DNA of 21,827 nucleotides from Nannocystales bacterium. Lineage in GTDB: Bacteria; Myxococcota_A; Polyangia; Nannocystales; Nannocystaceae. The notes under the pieces were generated by a model. That model saw only the letters and a program-made list of their open reading frames with translations. It searched no databases and was not told the origin of the DNA. The position numbers were made by a program, and so were the translations under genes. Every line of letters begins with the position of its first letter. The stretch's first letter is position 1. Positions 1 through 7,628 of this stretch are shown in pieces. Location: assembly GCA_050633305.1 (NCBI GenBank), contig JBOEGF010000037.1, forward strand, positions 1 to 21,827, in the 5' to 3' direction.

Positions 1-588
1 GAGCTGGTCGACGATGCCAAGGCCAAAGGCGCCCGTGTGGTCAGCGGTGGCCAACGCGTGATGTCCGAGCGGGGCGACTACTTCGCACCGACCATCCTCG
101 CCGATGTCACGCCGGACATGCGCATCATGAACGAGGAGACCTTTGGTCCCGTGATGGCGCTGTGCCGGGTGCCCGACGAGCATCACGCGATCGAGCTGGC
201 CAACGGCAACGGCTTTGGACTCTCGGCATCGGTGTTCTCCAAGGACCAGGCTCGGGCGCGTCGCATCGCGAGCCGCGTGGAGTCGGGCATGGTGGCGATC
301 AACGAGTTCGGGGGCATGACGTACATGGCTCAGGACCTGACCTTTGGTGGCATCAAGCAAAGCGGCTTTGGTCGGCTCAACGGTCGTGACGGGCTGCGGG
401 CGTGCTGCAACGTCAAGGCGGTCCTCACCGACCGCGTGCCGGGGCTGCACTTCGCCAACAAGCTGTTTCCCGTGGCCTCGGGGGACTTCTCGAAGATCAA
501 GAGCGCGGTCGAGTTGGTCTATCGCCCCGGCATTCGCGGCAAGATCCGCGGCCTGGTGGGCTTGGCCAAATCCGTCGTCAGCAGCTGA
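1..588 (+). CDS. Aldehyde dehydrogenase, C-terminal part (5'-truncated by window edge); ALDH22/Msc7-like
   Basis: Frame is open from base 1 (ELVDDAKAKGARVV...). ALDH motifs: YFAPTILADVTPDMRIMNEETFGPV, ANGNGFGLSASVFS, FGGIKQSGFGR. Confidence 0.95.
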   Translation, partial: ELVDDAKAKGARVVSGGQRVMSERGDYFAPTILADVTPDMRIMNEETFGPVMALCRVPDEHHAIELANGNGFGLSASVFSKDQARARRIASRVESGMVAINEFGGMTYMAQDLTFGGIKQSGFGRLNGRDGLRACCNVKAVLTDRVPGLHFANKLFPVASGDFSKIKSAVELVYRPGIRGKIRGLVGLAKSVVSS

Positions 589-603
589 AGAGAGGGACTG
601 AAC

Positions 604-2223
604 ATGACTCAATCGTTCGACTACGTCGTTGTCGGTGGCGGAAGCTCCGGCTGCATTGCGGCTGCCGGTCTTGCCGACAATCCCGACAACGCGGTGCTGC
701 TGCTCGAGGCGGGCCCCGCCGCCGAGGAACACCCCGAGACGCTCTCCGCGGACGGGTACAAACATGCGTTCATCAACGACGAGCTGTTCCTCGAGCGGTT
801 CTCCACGCCGCAGCAACACGCTGCCAAGAACCGAGTCTTCATGGGCACGGGCTCCGTGCTCGGCGGCAGCGGGTCGGTCAACGGCATGGTCTACACACGC
901 GGTGCGGTGCAGGACTACGCCGAGTGGCCGACCGGGTGGCAATGGAACGACGTCGTGCCGCACTTCGAGCAGCTCGAAGCCAAGCTACGGCCCAACCAGC
1001 GCCCTCCCACCGAGTGGACGCAGGCCTGTGTCTCGGCCGCGACCACCAACGGCTTCCGATTCAGCGAGGACTTCCACGATGGCGATCTGTCGAACGTCAT
1101 CGGCTACGAGTGGATGAACTACGAGGGCGACCGCCGCCGCAACTCGTACGTTGCCTTCATTCAGGATGCCGAGCATCGCCCCAACCTGCAGATCCGGACC
1201 AAGGCCAAGCTGCACCGCATCGTGTTCGATGAGAGCAAGCGGGCGGTGGCGGTCGAGTTCGAGCATGCGGGCAGCCTGCAGCGCGCCGAGGTCCGCCACG
1301 AAGTTGTCATGTGTGCGGGCGCCCTGGAGACGCCGAAGCTGCTCATGCTCTCGGGTCTGGGGTCCGACCAAGCGCTCCGGTTCGCCGGCGTGCCACAGCT
1401 CGCCGAGCTTCCGGGCATCGGCCAGAACCTGCACGACCACCCCAACGTGCCGCTGTTCTTCCTCGGTCGCGAGAAGGTCGACTGCAACTACCCGCAGCTG
1501 TACAGCTTCTTCCGCACCAACGAAGACACCAGCCTGCCCAAGGGACAAAGCGACACCTGCTACGTGTTTTGGCCCGCACGCTCCGCGATGAAGCAGGCCG
1601 TGCAGCGCATGCTCCCTGGCATGGTGCTTCCGCCCGCGCTCTACGAGAGCCCGATGAAACAGGCCGTCCGCGGTGCGGTCGGGGCGGCGTGGTCCGTGCC
1701 CGCCGTGCCCAAGATGGTCGACCACCTCTACGGCATTGTCGTCATCCTCGGCAAGCCGTACAGCCGCGGAAGTGTGCGGCTGGCCAGCGGCGACCCTACC
1801 GTGGCCGCCACGTATGACCCCGCGTACTTCTCCGACTCGCGGGACATGGACACGATGGTCAAGGGTGTTCGCCGGGCCCGAGCGATCAGCAAGCAGGGGG
1901 GGCTGGGAGCCTGGAACAGCCAGGAACTCATGCCCGGGTTCTGGAACCGCAGCGATCGCGCCATCGCCAAGTGGGTCGCGAAGAACGCGATTACGACCTA
2001 CCACTTTGCGGGGACGTGCCGCATGGGCGAGGACGAGGCTGCGGTCTCCGATACGCGGCTGCGGCTGCGCGGTGTGAAGGGCGTCCGCATTGCGGATGCG
2101 TCCGCGGTCCCGTTCACGCCCGTGTCGGCGATGAATGCTCCGAGCATGTTGGTGGGCCTGCGGGCCGCGAAGTTCATGGCCGAAGAGCGGGCTGAGGGCG
2201 TGCACCAGGGCGCGGCAGAGTAG
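604..2223 (+). CDS. GMC-family FAD oxidoreductase (choline/alcohol dehydrogenase-like)
   Basis: FDYVVVGGGSSG dinucleotide-binding motif, LGGSGSVNGMVYTRG, GQNLHDHP, YHFAGTCRMG, GVRIADAS. Purine-rich RBS (GAGAGGGA) upstream; starts 15 bp after the ALDH stop, so probably the same operon. Confidence 0.95.
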   Translation: MTQSFDYVVVGGGSSGCIAAAGLADNPDNAVLLLEAGPAAEEHPETLSADGYKHAFINDELFLERFSTPQQHAAKNRVFMGTGSVLGGSGSVNGMVYTRGAVQDYAEWPTGWQWNDVVPHFEQLEAKLRPNQRPPTEWTQACVSAATTNGFRFSEDFHDGDLSNVIGYEWMNYEGDRRRNSYVAFIQDAEHRPNLQIRTKAKLHRIVFDESKRAVAVEFEHAGSLQRAEVRHEVVMCAGALETPKLLMLSGLGSDQALRFAGVPQLAELPGIGQNLHDHPNVPLFFLGREKVDCNYPQLYSFFRTNEDTSLPKGQSDTCYVFWPARSAMKQAVQRMLPGMVLPPALYESPMKQAVRGAVGAAWSVPAVPKMVDHLYGIVVILGKPYSRGSVRLASGDPTVAATYDPAYFSDSRDMDTMVKGVRRARAISKQGGLGAWNSQELMPGFWNRSDRAIAKWVAKNAITTYHFAGTCRMGEDEAAVSDTRLRLRGVKGVRIADASAVPFTPVSAMNAPSMLVGLRAAKFMAEERAEGVHQGAAE

Positions 2224-2362
2224 GCTCGTCGCCCGGGCACGGCGTCCGCCTTGGAAGGGGGCGATGCCCACAGTCTGGGGTTGGAGTGGCCGTCGGTGCC
2301 CCGAGCGCCCGCGAGAGCCCGCCACGGATGCGTCCACACGGCGTTAATGCTCAACTCCGGGT

Positions 2363-3253
2363 ATGTGTGCCAAACAAGGACTGTTGAAGGCCTCCATCGC
2401 CGTGGTGACTGCCCTGCTGAGCGCTGGGTACCCGTTGTCTGAGGCACGAGCCCAGCCCGCCGACACGGGCGACTCGAGCGAAGTGCCTGCGGCCGCGGAC
2501 GAGGTTGGGGAAGGCGACGCCGAGGGCGAGCCGTCGGTGCCTGCGGCTGCCCCGGATCAAGACGAGGTTCGCCTCAAGAACGGAGGGATGTATCGCGGTT
2601 CGCTTGCAGAGGTTGTTCCCGGCGACCACGTGACGCTCGTCCCGATGACTGGCGGCGAGCCGAAGGTCATCGAGTGGGACGAGATCGCGACCCTGGTCCG
2701 CAACGGCGAGGCTCAGGACGTCGGTGCCCCGGAGGCCGAAGCTGCGCCTTCGGACGAGGAAAGTGTGCCCACGTTTGCGGCGGCGGCGGCTCGCAAGGAG
2801 TCCGATGGCCCTCGGCTCCACATCGATGTCGAAGGGCGCGGGGACGTCGAACTGCACCGCGTCGTGTTGGACGTCGTAGGCACGGAAGGTTCGGCCGTCG
2901 CGAGCAAACGAGTGTGTAAAGCGCCGTGCGACCAACGGATCGAGGGGACGACGGAAGGCGAGTTCTTCTTTGTCGGACGCAGGGTTGCCTCGAAGCGATA
3001 CGATCTCGACGGACGAGGCTCTTCCATTCACGCCACCGTCCGCCCGGGAAGCCGTGGCCTGCGCATTGGAGGCTGGATGATGGCGACAACCGGAGCCTCC
3101 GCAATGTTGATGGGGGCGGCGTTCGCGTCCACACCCAAGGACCTGGGCTACAGAAAAGCTGCAGGGGTGGCGCTTGGTGTCGGCGTTCCGATGATCGTCG
3201 CGGGCATCATCATGGTCGTCCAGGGTCGGACCCGCGTCTCGTTTGGCTCGTAG
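2363..3253 (+). CDS. Hypothetical exported/membrane protein of myxobacterial type
   Basis: Signal peptide (…LSEARA/Q), acidic Pro/Ala linker, DEVRLKNGGMYRG small beta domain, CKAPC motif, two C-terminal Gly-rich hydrophobic helices. Confidence 0.8.
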   Translation: MCAKQGLLKASIAVVTALLSAGYPLSEARAQPADTGDSSEVPAAADEVGEGDAEGEPSVPAAAPDQDEVRLKNGGMYRGSLAEVVPGDHVTLVPMTGGEPKVIEWDEIATLVRNGEAQDVGAPEAEAAPSDEESVPTFAAAAARKESDGPRLHIDVEGRGDVELHRVVLDVVGTEGSAVASKRVCKAPCDQRIEGTTEGEFFFVGRRVASKRYDLDGRGSSIHATVRPGSRGLRIGGWMMATTGASAMLMGAAFASTPKDLGYRKAAGVALGVGVPMIVAGIIMVVQGRTRVSFGS

Positions 3254-3332
3254 TCCGTTGTTTCGGAGTTCGACCCCCTGCCTCGTTTCTCGTGGTCGGA
3301 CGTGCCCCATCCGGGCTGCTACGCTCCTCCCG

Positions 3333-5501
3333 ATGCTCGCAGCCGTTCGGAGCCCTTTCGTCGTGCTCCTTCCGATCCTGCTCGCGTCGGGCTGTCGCCG
3401 CGGGACGGCGGAACAGGCTGGCCACCGGGTCGAACCGCAGCCGCCCCGAGTCGACGCCGCGACGGGGCTGAGCTTCCCGTTGGATCCACCTGCGTCGACC
3501 GGGTTGGTGGCGGTTCGCGCATTCCCGGGCCTCTCGCTGCGGCAGCCGCTTGCGCTCACCTCGGCCCCTGGAGAGCCGGGGCATCTGTTCGTCGCCGAGA
3601 AGTCCGGCCGGGTGTTGCGCTTCGAAAACCGAGACGATGTGAAGTCGGCCACCGTGTTCTTGGACCTTCGGGACCGTGTCCGAACACGGCACGACGAGGA
3701 GGGCTTGCTCGGTCTGGCGTTCCCGCCCGACTACGCAGAGACCGGGGCATTCTACGTCTCGTACAGCGGCTCGGATCCGCGTCGTACGCAGGTCTCCCGC
3801 TTCCATCGGCTGGCAGATGGCTCCGCGGCAGACCCGGACTCCGAGGAGCCTCTGCTGGCAGCCGCCCAACCCTATGGCAACCACAACGGCGGCTCGATCG
3901 GATTCGGACCGCGAGGGTTCTTGTACGCGGGCTTTGGCGATGGGGGGGCCGCGGGTGATCCGCTGCAGGCCGGACAGGACCTCGGCAGTTGGCTGGGTTC
4001 GATCGTCAGGATCGAGGTCGCCTCGCGGGGGCCGTACCGGGTGCCAGCGGACAACCCGTTTGCGGATGTGTCGGGTGCGAAGCCCGAGATCTGGGCGTAC
4101 GGCCTGCGCAACCCGTGGCGATTCTCCTTCGACCGTCAGGACGGAACCATGTGGGTCGGCGACGTGGGGCAAGACTCGCTCGAGGAGGTCGACATCGTCG
4201 AGCGGGGCGGCAACTACGGCTGGCGACTTCGCGAAGCACAGCGAGCGTTCGCTGACGACCCGCGCGAGGGCCGGGCGGCGGAGGACCCGCTGCTCGAGCC
4301 AGTCGTGTCCTACGGCCGTCGCGCCGGGGTCAGCATCACGGGCGGATTCGTCTACCGGGGCACGCACTTGCCCGCGTTCCGAGGTCTGTATTTCTACGGG
4401 GACTACGGAAGCGGGACCGTGTGGGCGCTCGACTACGACGGGACCGAAGTGGTGTCGAACGAGATCGTCGCCACGGTCCCCGCGCTGGCCTCGTTCGGGG
4501 AGGATGCCGCGGGCGAGTTGTACGCGGTCAGCCACGCGGGCGTCGTGTACCGCTTCGAGCTTCCCGATTCGAAGGCGTCGTCCGCCGCGTTTCCGACCCT
4601 GCTCTCGCAGACGGGACTCTTCACCGACCTCGCGTCCTTGACCCCGCAGCCTGGTCTGCTGCCCTATGGCGTCGCGTGGCCGTTCTGGTCGGACGGCGCG
4701 GACAAGCAGCGGTGGCTCGCGTTGCCCGAGCGCGGGGCGGTTGAGTTCCGGGTCGATGCGCCCTGGTCGTTCCCGGTAGGCACGGTTGCGGTCAAGCACT
4801 TCGAGCTCGCGCTCGACGACCAAGACCCCGAGTCTACGCGACGACTGGAGACCCGGGTCATGGTGCACGAGGTCCGAGGCTGGGCCGGATACACGTACCG
4901 GTGGAACGAAGCGCAGACGGATGCCGAGTTGCTCATGGCACCGACCTACGAGGAGTTCTCCGTGACGCGCGAGGGAGAGACCGAGCTGCAGCGCTGGGAC
5001 TATCCCGCAGGCAGCGACTGCATGCGCTGTCACAACAGCGCCACCGGAGGGGTGTTGGGTCTGGGTACGCGGCAGCTCGCTGGCGGTGAGGGGGTCTTGG
5101 CGGCGTGGGCCGAGGCCGGCGTGTTCTCGAACCCGGTCCCAGAACTGGGCTCGCTTCCGACGCACCCCCAACCCGGGGTCGCCGAAGCTTCAACCGAGGC
5201 CCAGGCGCGTGCGTATCTCGATGTGAATTGCAGTGTCTGCCATCGGCCCGGCGGTCCCGCACCTGGCAGCATGGACTTGCGGGCGGGCATCCCACTCGCC
5301 GACATGGGTTTGCTAGAGCAGCACACGGAGGAATCGGTCGGCGGCGGGCCTACGGTACGCGTTCATGCAGGGGCGCACTCCGCAAGTGCGTTGTGGCATC
5401 GCGTCTCCACGGTCTCGGCTCAGCGCATGCCGCCGCTTTCGTCCACGCGGGTGGACGAGGTTGGGGCGAGTTTGATGGCCGCCTGGATCGATGCGATGTA
5501 G
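3333..5501 (+). CDS. Lipoprotein: GSDH (PQQ-dependent sugar dehydrogenase-type) propeller fused to an SO2930/HNE_0200-like di-heme cytochrome c domain
   Basis: Lipobox LASGC. GSDH motifs EEGLLGLAFPP, NHNGGSIGFGP, YGLRNPWRFSFD, GGNYGW. C-terminal part has PFWSDGADKQRW, FPVGTVAVKHF, RLETR, CMRCH (5019-5033), ARAYLDVNCSVCH (5229-5243) and RMPP. ATG 3333 preferred over the track start 3243. Confidence 0.9.
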   Translation: MLAAVRSPFVVLLPILLASGCRRGTAEQAGHRVEPQPPRVDAATGLSFPLDPPASTGLVAVRAFPGLSLRQPLALTSAPGEPGHLFVAEKSGRVLRFENRDDVKSATVFLDLRDRVRTRHDEEGLLGLAFPPDYAETGAFYVSYSGSDPRRTQVSRFHRLADGSAADPDSEEPLLAAAQPYGNHNGGSIGFGPRGFLYAGFGDGGAAGDPLQAGQDLGSWLGSIVRIEVASRGPYRVPADNPFADVSGAKPEIWAYGLRNPWRFSFDRQDGTMWVGDVGQDSLEEVDIVERGGNYGWRLREAQRAFADDPREGRAAEDPLLEPVVSYGRRAGVSITGGFVYRGTHLPAFRGLYFYGDYGSGTVWALDYDGTEVVSNEIVATVPALASFGEDAAGELYAVSHAGVVYRFELPDSKASSAAFPTLLSQTGLFTDLASLTPQPGLLPYGVAWPFWSDGADKQRWLALPERGAVEFRVDAPWSFPVGTVAVKHFELALDDQDPESTRRLETRVMVHEVRGWAGYTYRWNEAQTDAELLMAPTYEEFSVTREGETELQRWDYPAGSDCMRCHNSATGGVLGLGTRQLAGGEGVLAAWAEAGVFSNPVPELGSLPTHPQPGVAEASTEAQARAYLDVNCSVCHRPGGPAPGSMDLRAGIPLADMGLLEQHTEESVGGGPTVRVHAGAHSASALWHRVSTVSAQRMPPLSSTRVDEVGASLMAAWIDAM

Positions 5502-5521
5502 GAGGATGGAGGAACGACTGG

Positions 5522-5899
5522 CTACGCTCTGTCCGGGCACGTCTGTGTCCCGTATGGACAGAAGGGCACAACAGCCGTCGCGTTGAATTCGGCAAGCTCG
5601 GCGTCTGTGAACGCCTCCCCTGACCCCTGCGGGGCGTGGGTGCGGACGGATCGCAGGAGGGCCGCGCGGGCCTTCTTCACGGCCTCGTTCCGGAGCCGCT
5701 GCCCTTCTTGCGCACAGAGAGTGCCTCGGCGCTCCTCGAGTTTCGGTGACCCGTTCGGTGCGGTGGTGCCCCTCCAGCGAGGACCCAGCGTAGGCCGCAG
5801 GCTGGTTGGTGTGGGCGGCGGCTTGGACTCAGCTACAGGAGGCGCGCACCAAACGAGGAACAGCGCGAGCCCGACCATGATGCGATCGTGGTGCATCAT
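5522..5899 (-). CDS. Small hypothetical secreted protein
   Basis: Fills the gap between convergent/divergent genes. Hydrophobic N-terminus (IMVGLALFLVWCAPPVAES), Pro-rich linker, Cys-containing C-terminus. No recognisable family. Confidence 0.4.
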   Translation of the reverse strand: MMHHDRIMVGLALFLVWCAPPVAESKPPPTPTSLRPTLGPRWRGTTAPNGSPKLEERRGTLCAQEGQRLRNEAVKKARAALLRSVRTHAPQGSGEAFTDAELAEFNATAVVPFCPYGTQTCPDRA

Positions 5900-6045
5900 G
5901 GTCGGTCGGGTCAAACGACTCGGGACGGGCCGACGAGCCGCAGTCCCGGCCGGAGGCCCTTTCGAGGTCACGTTGTGACGGGCTGCGGTACGGTCGTGGT
6001 GCGCGAGGTGGTTGCGGCCCTCCATGGCGCACAGGGCAGGGAAGA

Positions 6046-6157
6046 GACCGTCCTCGAGAGCGAGCGAGGTCGTAGCGCGCGGCGCCGAGATTCAAATCGG
6101 AAATCATTTTCCGATTTGAGCATCTTGTCGCGGCCCGGTCGCCTCCTTGAGGCAGTC
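6046..6157. repeat. Long imperfect palindrome, MITE/REP-like intergenic element
   Basis: Perfect 12-bp core TCAAATCGGAAA-tcat-TTTCCGATTTGA (6092-6119), extended by CGAGAT/ATCTTG, GGTCGT/GCGGCC, GAG.GCGA/TCGCCTC and terminal GAC..CCTCGA/TTGAGG..GTC pairings. Confidence 0.55.
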
Positions 6158-6183
6158 GAGCGTGTTGGGCGTTGGGCTGCTAT

Positions 6184-7137
6184 GTGACTCGACGATCCAA
6201 CTTCCCCCTCTTGAAATCCGGCCTCGCGGCGGGGCTCGGCGTGCTCGTTGTAGCGTGCAGCTTCGGCGCGTACGAAACCATCGTGCCCACAGGAAAGCTC
6301 AACGTCCCTCGCGAGGCCGCGCTTGCGGTGAGCGTGGACGGGTCGACGCTTTGGGCGGTCGACCAGTTTTCCTCGGATGGTGTGTATGAGATGCGCTTGA
6401 AGGTCTTCGACGGCGATTCCGGGAACGTGCTCGGCTCGAGCTGGTGGAGCGGGACCTGGGGCGTACGCGCGATCGCCCCGGCAAACGAGGCCGGCCACGA
6501 AGGGGTCGCGTGGGTGTTGCACGAGAACGGGTATCGAATTCGTTGGAACGCAAACCTGGCCGGATACAGCGAGATCGAAGTCCCGATCCCAACGACGGGT
6601 CCAACGGCGGCGACCAGCAGGCTCTATTGCGATCTGGACCAGTCTGCCGACGGTGTTCAGTTCATCACGACAGTCGATCTCGTGGATGGCAGCTTGGACA
6701 GCTGGTTGTACCGGGAACCGAGCGAAGGGGTGTGGGAACGGGTGGCACTGCCCACGCTCAACGGCAAGTGTGGACGCGTTTCGTGGGACGGTCCCGCGGA
6801 CGACGTGTTCGTGCTCGACGATTCCCTCGACGAGATGCTGCGGTTCGACGCCGACACGCTCGCCGACAAAGGGACGACCGACCTCTCGGCGATCGCCGGC
6901 GGGCTGCGGGATTTTGCAGTGGTCGGCGCCCAGGCGGTCGTCGCGGTGTCGACGGACTCCGGCCCAGACCAGCTGGTCATCGTAGACCCCGACGGCATGG
7001 TCTCCGATACCGCCTCTATCGCGAGGGTCGAGGCAACCTACGTACGGATCGAAGGGGAAACGGCCCGCGCGTACTGGACTGGGATGGACAGCAGCCCAGT
7101 CAAGTACACCGCCGGTTTCTGGACCCTCGATCCGTAG
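6184..7137 (+). CDS. Hypothetical lipoprotein, probable beta-propeller
   Basis: Lipobox VVAC after a hydrophobic stretch. Repeated short beta-strand/turn units (ALAVSVDGSTLWAVD, DLDQSADGVQFITTVD, VSWDGPADDVFVLD). Start uncertain (6172 TTG, 6184 GTG or 6211 TTG). Confidence 0.75.
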   Translation: MTRRSNFPLLKSGLAAGLGVLVVACSFGAYETIVPTGKLNVPREAALAVSVDGSTLWAVDQFSSDGVYEMRLKVFDGDSGNVLGSSWWSGTWGVRAIAPANEAGHEGVAWVLHENGYRIRWNANLAGYSEIEVPIPTTGPTAATSRLYCDLDQSADGVQFITTVDLVDGSLDSWLYREPSEGVWERVALPTLNGKCGRVSWDGPADDVFVLDDSLDEMLRFDADTLADKGTTDLSAIAGGLRDFAVVGAQAVVAVSTDSGPDQLVIVDPDGMVSDTASIARVEATYVRIEGETARAYWTGMDSSPVKYTAGFWTLDP

Positions 7138-7147
7138 GACAGCTGGT

Positions 7148-7169
7148 CAACGACGCAGGCGGGTCGTTG
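7148..7169 (+). terminator. Hairpin just after the stop codon, possible terminator
   Basis: CAACGAC-8 nt-GTCGTTG, 10 nt after the stop at 7137; weak U tract. Confidence 0.35.
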
Positions 7170-7628
7170 TCGAGTTTGCGTCGGGACCTCGCATCTTGTC
7201 GATCCGGTCGGCGATGACACGAGGATGACGGTGTCTGGCACTTTGGGGGGGCAGCGAAGGCGGAGGTGCCTGCGCAGTTGCCCATGCTCCTCGCCGTCCC
7301 CCCGCAATCGACGGAGCCGCTCCGACGCCTCTGTCCTGCATTCCAGCTCGCGTGGCACCCCTCAAAACGCAGGGGCGCCCGAGCCGTGCAGGTGAAAACC
7401 CGCGCGGGGTTGCCCGGCCCGCGCGTCCGCGTCGTCGGCTCGCGGGGCAGGGATCCCCGCTGCGACCCAGTTGCCCTTCGAGACCCGACCGCGGTCCCGA
7501 GGGTGAAGCGCAGGCCCGGACGAGAGGTCAGATGTTCACGTACATGAGAGCGGGCGCTCGTCTCGGATTGCAAAAACGAGCGCGGTCACGCGGTTGCGCG
7601 CCCTGTTCGAGTACGATTGTGGCGAACA

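Noticed and set aside
2224..2306. Imperfect fold-back (GCTCG..GGGCAC / GTGCCC.CGAGC) after the GMC gene
   Set aside because: Short, interrupted GC-only stems that are plausible by chance; at most a weak terminator.
3210..5171. 653-aa ORF on the - strand
   Set aside because: Antisense to the well-supported GSDH-cytochrome gene.
7385..7530. Fragments resembling a cobalamin riboswitch (GGTGAAAACCC) and SRP RNA (CAGGCCCGGA)
   Set aside because: The remaining conserved elements (B12 box; GGAAGG/AGCAG loop) are missing or out of order.
7618..7628. GGCGAACA shared between the regions just upstream of the VWA gene and prkA
   Set aside because: Only two instances of an 8-mer at different offsets; cannot be told from chance.
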